Shown in pieces: positions 37,301-46,663 of a stretch of DNA of 46,663 nt (its first letter is position 1; every line of letters starts with the position of its first letter). The notes under the pieces were generated by a model. The model saw nothing but the letters and a program-made list of their open reading frames with translations, made no database searches and was not told where the DNA came from. The translations under genes were made by a program, and so were the position numbers. Origin of the DNA: Thraustochytrium aureum (Eukaryota); NCBI GenBank assembly GCA_012862495.1, contig BLSG01000435.1, positions 24,937 to 71,599 on the forward strand, in the 5' to 3' direction.

Positions 37301-40300
37301 GGATTTCCTGTGGAGCTTCGACTTGAGCCGGGGCCCATTCGTGGCTCGACGAGCTTTGCCTCTGGCCCGGGCATCTCTCGAGCGACCTCGGGCGTCCCCG
37401 CAACCTTTCTTGTCCATGCCAGAGACGCGTTTGGAAACGCAGCCGCGGGAGCAATGTCTGGCGAGGTTTTTGCAGCGGTTGTGCGTCATGCCAGCGGCGA
37501 GCTGGAAACCTTTGTAGACGCATGCACACATGTTGACGGTGATCTCTTCAACTGCACCTACACAGCGGGTTTGGCAACGTCGTTCGAGTCTGGCGAGGCC
37601 GCGAGTCTTGAGCTGGTTCATTCTGGGTCAGGCGAGAAGCTCTTCAGCGGGCTCTTGCTCCGCGTTCACATTTATGACGGTGCATGTGACGCTACGCTGA
37701 CAGTGGCAGTTGGCCCAGGAACGAAAGGAGCCGTGGCAGGCCAAATAACGCGCTTTCAAGTTGTAGCCGCTGACGCCGCAGGCAACCAGCGCTCTCTGCC
37801 GTGCGGCGAGGATATTGGTGTGCCGTACATCGAACCAGTCGAGTATTTCGTGTCAACGACCTACATCGGGAACGGTGTGTATCAACTCGAATACAACCAT
37901 ACAGTGGCCGGCCTCCAAAATGTTAGCGTGATGCTCGGCGGCAACCCGATCGCTTCAAGCCCGCTTCGCGTGGCGGTGACGCCAGCCGGCGCGAGCGCGC
38001 GGCACAGCCTGGCATGGGGCGCAGGGATGGTGGCTGGTTTTGCTGGAGAAGAGCAGAATGTTTTTGTCCAGGTTGTGGACGCGTTTGGTAACAATGTTAC
38101 CAGCCCGGAAACTGTCGTCCGTGCAGAGCTGTACCACCTGGGAGAGCTCGAACAAGGGTGGACGTCGCAGCACATGGGCAATGGAATCTACGATGCCACC
38201 TTTCAGTCAAGGCTCGCACAGAGCGCTGGCGAGGCAACGTTGATTGTTGCTCTAGCAGAGGGCGGTGGCTGGGACGCGGCCTGGTATGCAAGCCCTGCGC
38301 TCATTGGCTCCGCACCGCCATCACTGGAAACTGTCGAATCAGCAAATATGACTTGGGTCCCGCCAGACTCGGCGGAAGCACTGCCTGGGCGTGCCGCAGG
38401 TTGGGGTGCGCGATTCACGGGGCTGGTCAGGGTTCCTGTCGCGGCGACGCAAGCCCCAGAGCAACAAGAACTCGACTCCGGGGCGCTCCTCCCTGGTGGT
38501 AAGCTGCGAGTGGCGTTTCGCGTCCGCGTTGAGGGCGGCGGGGTGAGATTCTGGGCTGGCCAAGAGCTCGTCGCCGAGGCCTGGCCAGCTGCGGCCCGCA
38601 ACATTCTGGAATGGCACGAACTAGAAAGTCTATTTGAGCCCGGAGAGCTGATTCCTGTCCAGCTCGACTTTTCGCGCGCACAGGACGGCGCGAGCGCCTC
38701 TTTAGCGGTGGAGTGGTCGATTTTGGCCGTGGCTCAATCGTCTAGGCCACAGCACGTCGCGTTTGAAGTGGTCCCATCGATTGCTTTGCATCGGTGGCGA
38801 ACAGTGGCGCAAGTGGCTCCAGTCTACCTTCCCGCAGCGAGCGCGCCAGAGGCGTCCATCGTGGTCGAAGGCGAGCATCTCGCGTTTGGCTCGCTTGTGT
38901 CAGGTGCGACCTCATTGTTCCACATCGAGGCGCGTGACGCTTTTGGAAACCGGCAGGTGCACCATGACGACATCCTGAGGGTGTTTGGGTGGTCCATTGA
39001 GGAACATTTGGACAGGCTGGACACGCTCGGCGTTGGCGGCATGCTAGAAGGCGTGGCCAACCCGGTACCGGGCGAGCCAGGCACGTACAGCGTTCGGCTG
39101 ACTCCAACATTAGCCGGGTCGTTTCTTCTGTTCATCGCGATAAACGGCCAGGATGTGGACAAGGGTCTTGGGTGGAGCCGGCTTATGGACGAGCTAGAGG
39201 CGAATGCTGTCGAGGGCGGCGCATTCAAGGTGCAGGTTCGTCCGGGCCCCTGCTCAGCCGCAAAGAGCTACGCGTTCGGCGAGAACGTGGCGTCCGCTGT
39301 TGCGGGTGAACCCAGCCACTTTTTCGTCCAGGTCGTCGATGCTGCTGGGAACCGGAGGGACGAGGCGAACGAGCTCGAATCGATCAGCTGGAGCTCCAGC
39401 GTCACCGGCGATGCCTCTACGCCCATTGCGAAATATCAGGATATTCAGTACCAAGGGCAGGGGCTTTACCGCGTGGACTTTGCCGTCGAGTTGGCCGGGG
39501 AGTGGTTTGTGCGAGTGCGGCTCGCCTCGGGGGCGAACCTCGAACCGTTTCGTCTTGTTGTATGGGCCGCTCAAGCGCACGGACCGTCCTGCCGCGCGAC
39601 GTTGGCGTCGCCTGCAACTGCAGGGGGCTCTATCTCGCTTCTTATCGAGTCTCGTGACAAATTCGGTAACCTTGTCCACTTTGGTGGCGATGACTTTGTC
39701 ATTGAGATGCGGATGCCCGACCTGTTTACACCACAAAATTCTGCTTGGCAGCAAACCCAAGGAGGTGGTGCTTCAAGCGTGGCCGAAATGAGGCGCTATC
39801 AGCGCGGGGCCCCATGGGTGGATTACCTGGAAATGCTAAACGACTGGGGCAATGGGACGTACACTGCGAAGTTGAACCTAGATGAGAGTCTGGCGGGGAG
39901 CACGCTAGAGGTTGCGGTGGCACTCGCGCAGGGCGCGTCAACGCCACGCGCTGCCAGTGTTTGCTCGCCCAGGTTCCCATTCAAGTGCGTCGACCCGAGC
40001 ACGGTCGCAGAAGAAGGTGGACTGCTTGGGCAGTACTACGTTGGCAGTGACGGCCCACATTCCGGGGAGGCATCATTGGTGCTGGTGCAGGTTGACGCGA
40101 ACATGGCTCTCAGCTGGCCCGAGGCGCTCGCGCCGATGATCACGACGGACCCCGTCATGCGTGCCTCGCAGCGGTGGGTCGAAAACGCATTCGCTGAGTG
40201 GACGGGATTTGTCAAGACGGAGCACAGCGGCGAGCACATGTTTTGGCTTGACAATGTTGCCGCAGACGACACTGTTACGCTGGAGGTTGGCGGGAATGCG

Positions 40301-40752
40301 CTGAGCCCGAACGGTGGCAAGCTGGACTTGCGTGGAGGCCGGCTTTATGAGGTCCGGGTCACGCTTCGACAGGCTGAGCGCGGTGCGAGCTTGTCTCTGT
40401 ATTGGGGTGTTGCTGGAGGCGCAGACGCGCCGGGCTCAGAGCCGTCTCAAGCGATTCCGGGCACTGTTGCAGTGCGCCAGTATTCAAGGACAATCGTGGC
40501 GACGGAAGACATTGCCGGCCTTGTCAATCGCGGGGACGTCGTGCGCGTCAACGGAGAGATTCTGGTTGTGGATCATGTTGACTATACTCGGCGTGTCATT
40601 GTCACGCTTGGTGAGTTGCAGGGGCCATCTGACGCGGTGGCCACGATGACGCGGCGATACCGTTCCAAGGTGGTGCCAAGTACGCGGCTGTACCACTCGG
40701 CCGTGCGATTGCGGGTAGCCCCTTGGTCGTCGACGTCAGGTCGCCAGAATAG
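34301..40752 (+). CDS. Giant secreted protein: signal peptide, EGF/laminin-like and furin-like Cys-rich repeats, Calx-beta, multiple filamin-type Ig repeats and three PA14-like domains; apparent frameshift near 40705
   Basis: MRQLALRATVAALLVAQG. CPSDCSGSGRCDFVTGECACEPHRTGLDC. Calx-beta LRFSSPTFAVSE...ITVERTGG...DDNDLESDEIF...VTILDDD. Filamin RDRFGN/RDAFGN...I.GSPF. PA14 GGLRGSYF...RVDATVNFVWG...FVSVRWEG...NDHARLFVDG. The -1 frame ends IAGSPLVVDVRSPE* at 40752; the uncorrected ORF stops at 40804. Confidence 0.88.
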
Positions 40753-41322
40753 TCATCAGGACAAGGACAGGGCACACAGGGTTTTGAGGCGTCGGGGCTC
40801 GTAGAGTCCTTTGAACAGAGGCATTTCTTCAACAGGATCTATCTCTCAACGCTCTCTCTAGCTAGAAGACACCGTCAGTCAGACGTCGAAACGGAAACGA
40901 GCGCGGGCAGGCCTTCAGAACAGAGGGTGAGCGACCTGTCACCGGTTAGGGCATCTCGCTGCGACACGGAGGCCAGACCCTGCGCCGGTCATCTCTCTGA
41001 GCTTGTTTTGCACACAAAATCAACAACACCTGACTGAGTCCGTCCAACCAAGTCTTGAAATTATTGGTTGGTCCTGGAATTCCAGTCGTAAAGGGAGTCA
41101 GTCGAGGACGAACGGTCTTCTGGTCTAGACGCTGTTGTGGGTGGATGACGGGAGGCCGCAGGTGGCAGGCAGACAGACAGACAGACCGACCGACTCTGGA
41201 GGCCGCCACGCAAACGCAGAGCGCCCGCACGTCCTCCGAAGGCAGGGTCGCGGACAACAAACGCGAGAACCGCACGACTAAGGAGGCTAGGGGGTGAGGG
41301 AGCGTCTCAGAGCGAGGGAAGA

Positions 41323-42036
41323 ATGGCCTCGATCCTTGGGCGGGCGGCCTTGCTGCGTGGGCCAAGCACGGCGCGTTTCGCGCCAGCCGCGGGGACGGCG
41401 GTGCGGGGGTTTGCAGGGTCTGCTGCGGGGATCCCGCAGTTTACGCCGGTCCCTATCACGAAAAAGGTGGACGCTGATAGCGTGACCGTCGGCGGAGGCA
41501 CCGCGAAAAAGCCATACACGTGGGAAAAGCACCGCTCGCCTTTCAAGCGCGCGGGCAAGATCCTCCGGGAGCTCAACATTGAACAAATGGTTAATACGGA
41601 GGCAGAGAAGGCGATTCCGTGCTTTCGAGCTGGCGACGCAATCGAAGTCGTGTATTCGCGCAGTACCAAGACAGCGGCGGAGATTACTGTTCGTGGGATG
41701 GTGATCGCCAGGGCGAACCGCGGCTTTGGATCGACGTTTAAATTGCTGTGCAATCTGGAGGGGGATTCCGTCGAGCTCTGGTTCCCTCTCTACTCGCCAC
41801 TGATCCGACGGATTAAGATGATCCAGGAGAGCTTTCTCCATCGTGGCGAACGCCGTACGCGGCGCGCCAAGCTGTTTTACTTGCGCGACCGTCCATTGGC
41901 GTTGTACACCGTTAAGGAGGGCTTTGCCCATGAGATGGACCGGCGGCGCGCGCGCACGGCGCGGATCGGAGGAGGAAGCGGCTGCGGCAGCGGCAAACCG
42001 CGTCGACGAAGGACCGGAGAGCAAGGCGTGAAGTGA
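41323..42036 (+). CDS. MRPL19: Mitochondrial ribosomal protein bL19m with N-terminal presequence; true stop may be 42031 if a frameshift near 41968 is corrected
   Basis: IPCFRAGDAIEV, RGMVIARANRGFGSTFKL, VELWFPLYSPLI, RRAKLFYLRD. Arg/Ala-rich, acid-free N-terminus. Confidence 0.93.
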   Translation: MASILGRAALLRGPSTARFAPAAGTAVRGFAGSAAGIPQFTPVPITKKVDADSVTVGGGTAKKPYTWEKHRSPFKRAGKILRELNIEQMVNTEAEKAIPCFRAGDAIEVVYSRSTKTAAEITVRGMVIARANRGFGSTFKLLCNLEGDSVELWFPLYSPLIRRIKMIQESFLHRGERRTRRAKLFYLRDRPLALYTVKEGFAHEMDRRRARTARIGGGSGCGSGKPRRRRTGEQGVK

Positions 42037-42487
42037 TAGTTTGGTGGAAGGAAGTCTCGTCGATTGCGCTCGATTGGCGACGCAGCGATGTAGAAGGCGA
42101 TACGATCATCAATCAATCAAATCAATCCATCGTTGTCGATTTAGGCATTCATTCGCACCATTTGAATCCATTTCACCACAAAAACAACAACAAAACCTTC
42201 CAGATGAAGAAGTCGTCGGATGACACGAACAGCTGGCCGGGCCATCACGACTGGTGGCCTGCGTACCTCAGGTGACGGAACTCCTCCTCCAATGTTGCTC
42301 CCTCCTCCAATGTTGCTCTGCTTCTTTCTCCTCCAGGGCGCGACCTCCAAACACTGCAGCAAAACGCCATTCATTGCCTGCCGAACTTGCTCGGGTAGTT
42401 GGTTGGCACGATCTGCCAGAAGGACGTCATCTCGCTCTGCCTGCATGCTCAGAGACCCACACCCTGACCCACCTGGAGGTACCGGTA

Positions 42488-42505
42488 GAGTAGAGTACTC
42501 TACTC
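42488..42505. promoter_or_regulatory. Perfect 18-bp TpA-rich palindrome; function unknown
   Basis: gagtagagtactctactc equals its own reverse complement. Confidence 0.45.
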
Positions 42506-42589
42506 CCCACCCACTTGCTTGCACCCACCTGGTGACCAGCCAGCCAGCCCATGGGCCCAGCCAGCCCGACCGACCTTGCCAAGCAAGAC

Positions 42590-42738
42590 GCAAAATGAAG
42601 CACGGCAAGAAACAGCGGCTTGCAATGCAAGCAAACCCGTCTCGAGACGTCAGTGACGATAGAGATGGCGCAAAATGAAGGAAGGATGCACGAAAAAGCA
42701 GCGGCTTGCAATGCAAACAAACCCGTCTGAGACTGACG
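42590..42738. repeat. Diverged ~80-bp direct duplication in a lower-GC intergenic tract
   Basis: gcaaaatgaag...cagcggcttgcaatgcaa(g/a)caaacccgtct...gagac...tgacg at 42590 and 42670. Confidence 0.8.
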
Positions 42739-44053
42739 GCTGAGACAGGCTGGCACGAGCAGATTGGTTCAATTGAAAGCAAGCAAGCCAAGCAAGCCTT
42801 GGCAAGCCTTGGCAAGCCTTGCACTCGCATTGATACCGCCAACGTACAACATTCAAAAGCCGCGTTCGTCTCGGGGTTCTCCGGTTTGTCGAAGGTCCAT
42901 TTATTGGCTGCGTGCGCAATTGGGTGAATTATTGGTGTGATGCACCACTCAAGTGCGAGCTTCGCGGAGGCGAAATGGCGTTCTCGCTTGCACGAGGGGA
43001 GAGAGGGTCTCGGCGCGGAGCTGGAAGTTGATTCACACTTCAACACTTCAACAGACAAAAGACTTANNNNNNNNNNNNNNNNNNNNNNNNNNNNNNNNNN
43101 NNNNNNNNNNNNNNNNNNNNNNNNNNNNNNNNNNNNNNNNNNNNNNNNNNNNNNNNNNNNNNNNNNNNNNNNNNNNNNNNNNNNNNNNNNNNNNNNNNNN
43201 NNNNNNNNNNNNNNNNNNNNNNNNNNNNNNNNNNNNNNNNNNNNNNNNNNNNNNNNNNNNNNNNNNNNNNNNNNNNNNNNNNNNNNNNNNNNNNNNNNNN
43301 NNNNNNNNNNNNNNNNNNNNNNNNNNNNNNNNNNNNNNNNNNNNNNNNNNNNNNNNNNNNNNNNNNNNNNNNNNNNNNNNNNNNNNNNNNNNNNNNNNNN
43401 NNNNNNNNNNNNNNNNNNNNNNNNNNNNNNNNNNNNNNNNNNNNNNNNNNNNNNNNNNNNNNNNNNNNNNNNNNNNNNNNNNNNNNNNNNNNNNNNNNNN
43501 NNNNNNNNNNNNNNNNNNNNNNNNNNNNNNNNNNNNNNNNNNNNNNNNNNNNNNNNNNNNNNNNNNNNNNNNNNNNNNNNNNNNNNNNNNNNNNNNNNNN
43601 NNNNNNNNNNNNNNNNNNNNNNNNNNNNNNNNNNNNNNNNNNNNNNNNNNNNNNNNNNNNNNNNNNNNNNNNNNNNNNNNNNNNNNNNNNNNNNNNNNNN
43701 NNNNNNNNNNNNNNTCCAGAGGAAGCGCTCTGCTCTTTTTCTAAACTGATTTCGCTCTTTTTCTTCTGATTTTCTTCTGTTCTGCTCGGGAGGGAGGGCT
43801 TGCAAATTTGCGCAGATCCCCCTCCTCTCATCAGAGTCTGGCTTGTCGAGCTTCACCTGTAGGCGCGGCAGACCAAGCAAGCGCGCAAGCACGCGTGCAG
43901 ACAGGCCAGGCAACAAGCCGAGCAGGCACTCGGTGCGGCAGTGGCCCCGCCTGTTTCCGACCGGTCTCGAATCGATCTTCTCCAGACCGGACCGGCTGCG
44001 GTTGGTTGGTTGCTCAAAACCGTTCGTTGCGCGCGTGTGCGTTAGTTAGAAGA

Positions 44054-44120
44054 GCGTGCGTGCGTGCGTGCGTGCGTGCGAGCGAGTGCGTGCGAGCGGG
44101 CGTGCGTGGGTGCGTGAGTG
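44054..44120. repeat. (gcgt)n/(gcga)n microsatellite
   Basis: gcgtgcgtgcgtgcgtgcgtgcgtgcgagcgagtgcgtgcgag.... Confidence 0.9.
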
Positions 44121-44449
44121 CTTGCGGGCACGCCCGTGCGTGAACGCCCGTGCGCGCCGCGCAGCACGTAGGCAAGTGAGCCTCAGCCTGAGCGAGTGCG
44201 CGAGGGGTTCGGTTCGTACCGTCGAAGCAGACTTGGCCGGCCTTGCGGTCTCAGAAGGCAGACAGTCACGGAAGGAACAGGTCGGTCTCGCGCGTTGCAC
44301 TCCTCCTCTACTCAACAAGGTGCGGCGCTGCCGCCGCTCGGAGCGGTGCGAATAGCGAGCGCAATATTTCGTTCGCATCCGACCGGGCAGACTGCACGGC
44401 AACGACAGAGCGTGCGGTTGTTGTCCCTCGCAGGCGGCTGCGCAACTCG

Positions 44450-46465
44450 ATGCTGTCGAGCGGCTCGGGTGCAAGCAACTCTCACGTCGAGCTCATCCGT
44501 GAGGCAATTGGGGACGATGAGGGACTAGAGTTCGACGACGGGTATGGAGGTGGGCAGGCCACCAGCGGTTCGAGGCCCGAGCTTTCAATCGAGCAAGTGT
44601 TCGAGCTCCTCTTGGAGGCACGTGAAGGCAAGTTTGACCCGGACCTGCCGACGCGGAGCACCGCTTCACCGATTAACCGAGACGTGGATCTGTTCTACGT
44701 CGTCCCGAGCTCAACGCGGCGCATGCAAGCCGGGCCCGGGGAGCTGCGTGTCAAGTACAACAACGTGATCCGATCGAAAATCTGGTGGTCGGCGCGCCAC
44801 GGCAACAAACTCGGCGTGGTTAGCAGAGCAATGTCGATGAAAACGAGGTCTGAAAGCCACGAGTCGCACCGAAGTTTTGAACACGGCTTCCAAGGCCACT
44901 GGGTATCTTTGCTGAAGCGGCCAGACGACGGGCCCATTCAAGAGAAGGCGGTTATTCGCACCTTCGTGCAGGAGAACTCGCCGAGCCTCGTCCAATTTTG
45001 GCCCGCGCCGACTAAAAAGCGCGCGAGCAAGAGCCCTGCGTCTCGCATGACAAAGCTCCCCGAAGGGCATGAAGACCCAGGCGCTGAGGACAGTGTCGCC
45101 TCGGGCCTCGTGGTCGCGCCTGCGTGGGGCGTCGGTCACGGCATATCGCCAACCTCGGCTTCCTCAACGCCCCCCACCGCGAGCGCACACCATCCCCTGA
45201 TGGTCCCGCTCGGCAACGAGAGCGACGTCGGATCTACGGAGAGTGGCATGGACTCCGGCGCTACAGCCGAGCCAACGTTTTTGTTGTCTGGGCGGATGTC
45301 AGTGGACATGGTCGAGGGAATGCTTGACAGCATCACGTTTTTCGACTCGTCCCACCGGGCTTCGGCGGAGGCGCTGGACGAGGCCGGCTTGAACGTCCAA
45401 CGAGGGAGCGTCGCGATGGCAAGTAGGTCTGCTGTTCAGCAGCTCAAGCGCGTGCTCTCTGGGAGGCCGGGGGAAATGGCGTCTGCGCGTCACTCTTCGC
45501 CTGACTTGGCGAGCCTTCAGGAGACGGCGTTCGATGACGGGGAGGATAAGTGCAGCGGCGACGCTCGGTTTCGCCCCGTCCGGCGTCTCAGCGGCTACGT
45601 TGGTGGCGGGGATGTTCTGCCCGACAACTTGGGCGCCCTCCAAGGCCAGAGCCCCAAGACCAAGCCAGTGTCCAACTCTGACCTCGAACTGGCGCTTGAC
45701 TGTATTTTAAGTGTCGGAGACGCTGACGACGATCGGGACGCCATGCTCGCTGGCGACTTCGAAGAAAGCAGCGGCGAAGAATCGGGCGACTCTGGAGGCG
45801 ACGACGAGGCAGACCATCAAGCCGCGAAGCGTGAAAGGCGCGTTAAAGGCTCTGTTCGGTCGAAGGCTTCTGTGGTGGCCTTTGAGCTCTTCAAAAATGC
45901 GTGCGACATCATGGAGTCTGACGAGTTTAGCGTGTGGTACGAGCGGCATGTGTCCAAACTGTTCGAGCCGACCACGTCGCGCCAAATCAAATATTGCCTG
46001 GACAAGAACGACCCCCGTCTGTCGCCCGACTTTTTGTTTCCAGAGGGCGTCTCGTTCCTTCCGGACTCTCCTGTCGCGTACGGTCTATTCCGTGGCACCT
46101 ACTCTACGGGTTGGGAGCTGCTCAAGGGTTCTGAGGAGCTGAACGAGCTCGTTGGGTACGAGGCTGCGGGGAGCATTTACTTGTATGAGACCATCTTGGA
46201 GTCCAAGGTGCTCGATCTGTTCTCGCACCTTGTGTACAAGAAGAAGGTTGCAGAAGGTTCGATCAAGCCCCTCGACTACTACTTTCAGACGATCGCCAAG
46301 CTGCCCAGCGGGAAGCGCATGATTGTGCGCGTGCACTGCTGGTGGTTCGCCAACAGCCAGGAGACTCACAACACGAACGAGAGCGGCAACGCGATGCATG
46401 TACGGATGCAGGATGTCAGCTCGCTGTTCCCAAACATCTTGCACCTGCCCGCGCTGCCATACTAG
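44450..46465 (+). CDS. Hypothetical protein: folded N-terminal segment, long disordered linker and a C-terminal possibly PAS-like domain
   Basis: Long coding-like ORF with first ATG at 44450, just after a possible acceptor (ttgtccctcgcag, 44433), so an upstream exon is possible. C-terminus ELLKGSEELNELVGY...KLPSGKRMIVRVHCWWF...MHVRMQDVS. Confidence 0.75.
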   Translation: MLSSGSGASNSHVELIREAIGDDEGLEFDDGYGGGQATSGSRPELSIEQVFELLLEAREGKFDPDLPTRSTASPINRDVDLFYVVPSSTRRMQAGPGELRVKYNNVIRSKIWWSARHGNKLGVVSRAMSMKTRSESHESHRSFEHGFQGHWVSLLKRPDDGPIQEKAVIRTFVQENSPSLVQFWPAPTKKRASKSPASRMTKLPEGHEDPGAEDSVASGLVVAPAWGVGHGISPTSASSTPPTASAHHPLMVPLGNESDVGSTESGMDSGATAEPTFLLSGRMSVDMVEGMLDSITFFDSSHRASAEALDEAGLNVQRGSVAMASRSAVQQLKRVLSGRPGEMASARHSSPDLASLQETAFDDGEDKCSGDARFRPVRRLSGYVGGGDVLPDNLGALQGQSPKTKPVSNSDLELALDCILSVGDADDDRDAMLAGDFEESSGEESGDSGGDDEADHQAAKRERRVKGSVRSKASVVAFELFKNACDIMESDEFSVWYERHVSKLFEPTTSRQIKYCLDKNDPRLSPDFLFPEGVSFLPDSPVAYGLFRGTYSTGWELLKGSEELNELVGYEAAGSIYLYETILESKVLDLFSHLVYKKKVAEGSIKPLDYYFQTIAKLPSGKRMIVRVHCWWFANSQETHNTNESGNAMHVRMQDVSSLFPNILHLPALPY

Positions 46466-46663
46466 ATAGCTATGTAGCTCTTGGGCTGTGATCCATGTCA
46501 GCAAATGTAATCTTCGGGGTTGATTCCTCCGAGGACGGCAGCGTGGAGTTGAAGAAGAAGAGTGCACCGCTGCGGTTGCGTCACATATTGATGCGCGAGG
46601 GGCTTGAACTTTGCAAGCTCTCAGATGAATAGCTCTTTGGACTACCAACAATAGAAAGAACGT

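Noticed and set aside
42141..43916. Long ORFs running through N-gaps (also 1856-3328 and the 5' part of 4202-5950)
   Set aside because: Their length is inflated by Ns, which contain no stop codons.

Overview
GC-rich, gene-dense eukaryotic nuclear DNA from a draft scaffold with nine N-gaps and few introns. Gene content and style suggest a stramenopile protist, probably a thraustochytrid or labyrinthulomycete (inference only). About 16 protein-coding genes are supported. In order: a tandem double sulfotransferase (5'-truncated), a Dsc3-like ubiquitin-like/TM protein, RPS19 with an acidic tail, a hypothetical protein, an R2R3-MYB fused to a LIN54/tesmin-type CRC (2xCXC) domain, an LRR-IQ-WW protein, a bacterial-type CoA-disulfide reductase-rhodanese fusion with an N-myristoylation-like start, a DUF924-TilS fusion, a C2-domain protein with an uncharacterised enzyme-like domain, zuotin/DNAJC2, an importin-5-like HEAT protein, a stramenopile-type hypothetical protein, a PRISE/VEP1-like reductase with two GT-AG introns, a ~2150-aa secreted EGF/Calx-beta/PA14/filamin protein, mitochondrial bL19 and a hypothetical protein. 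Seven apparent single-base frameshifts break otherwise intact genes and are most likely sequencing indels. The most interesting items are the MYB-CRC fusion, the myristoylation-tagged CoADR-rhodanese, the DUF924-TilS fusion, the double sulfotransferase and recurrent TpA-rich intergenic palindromes. No rRNA, tRNA, CRISPR array or intact mobile element was recognised. All calls come from motif recognition by eye; no searches were run.
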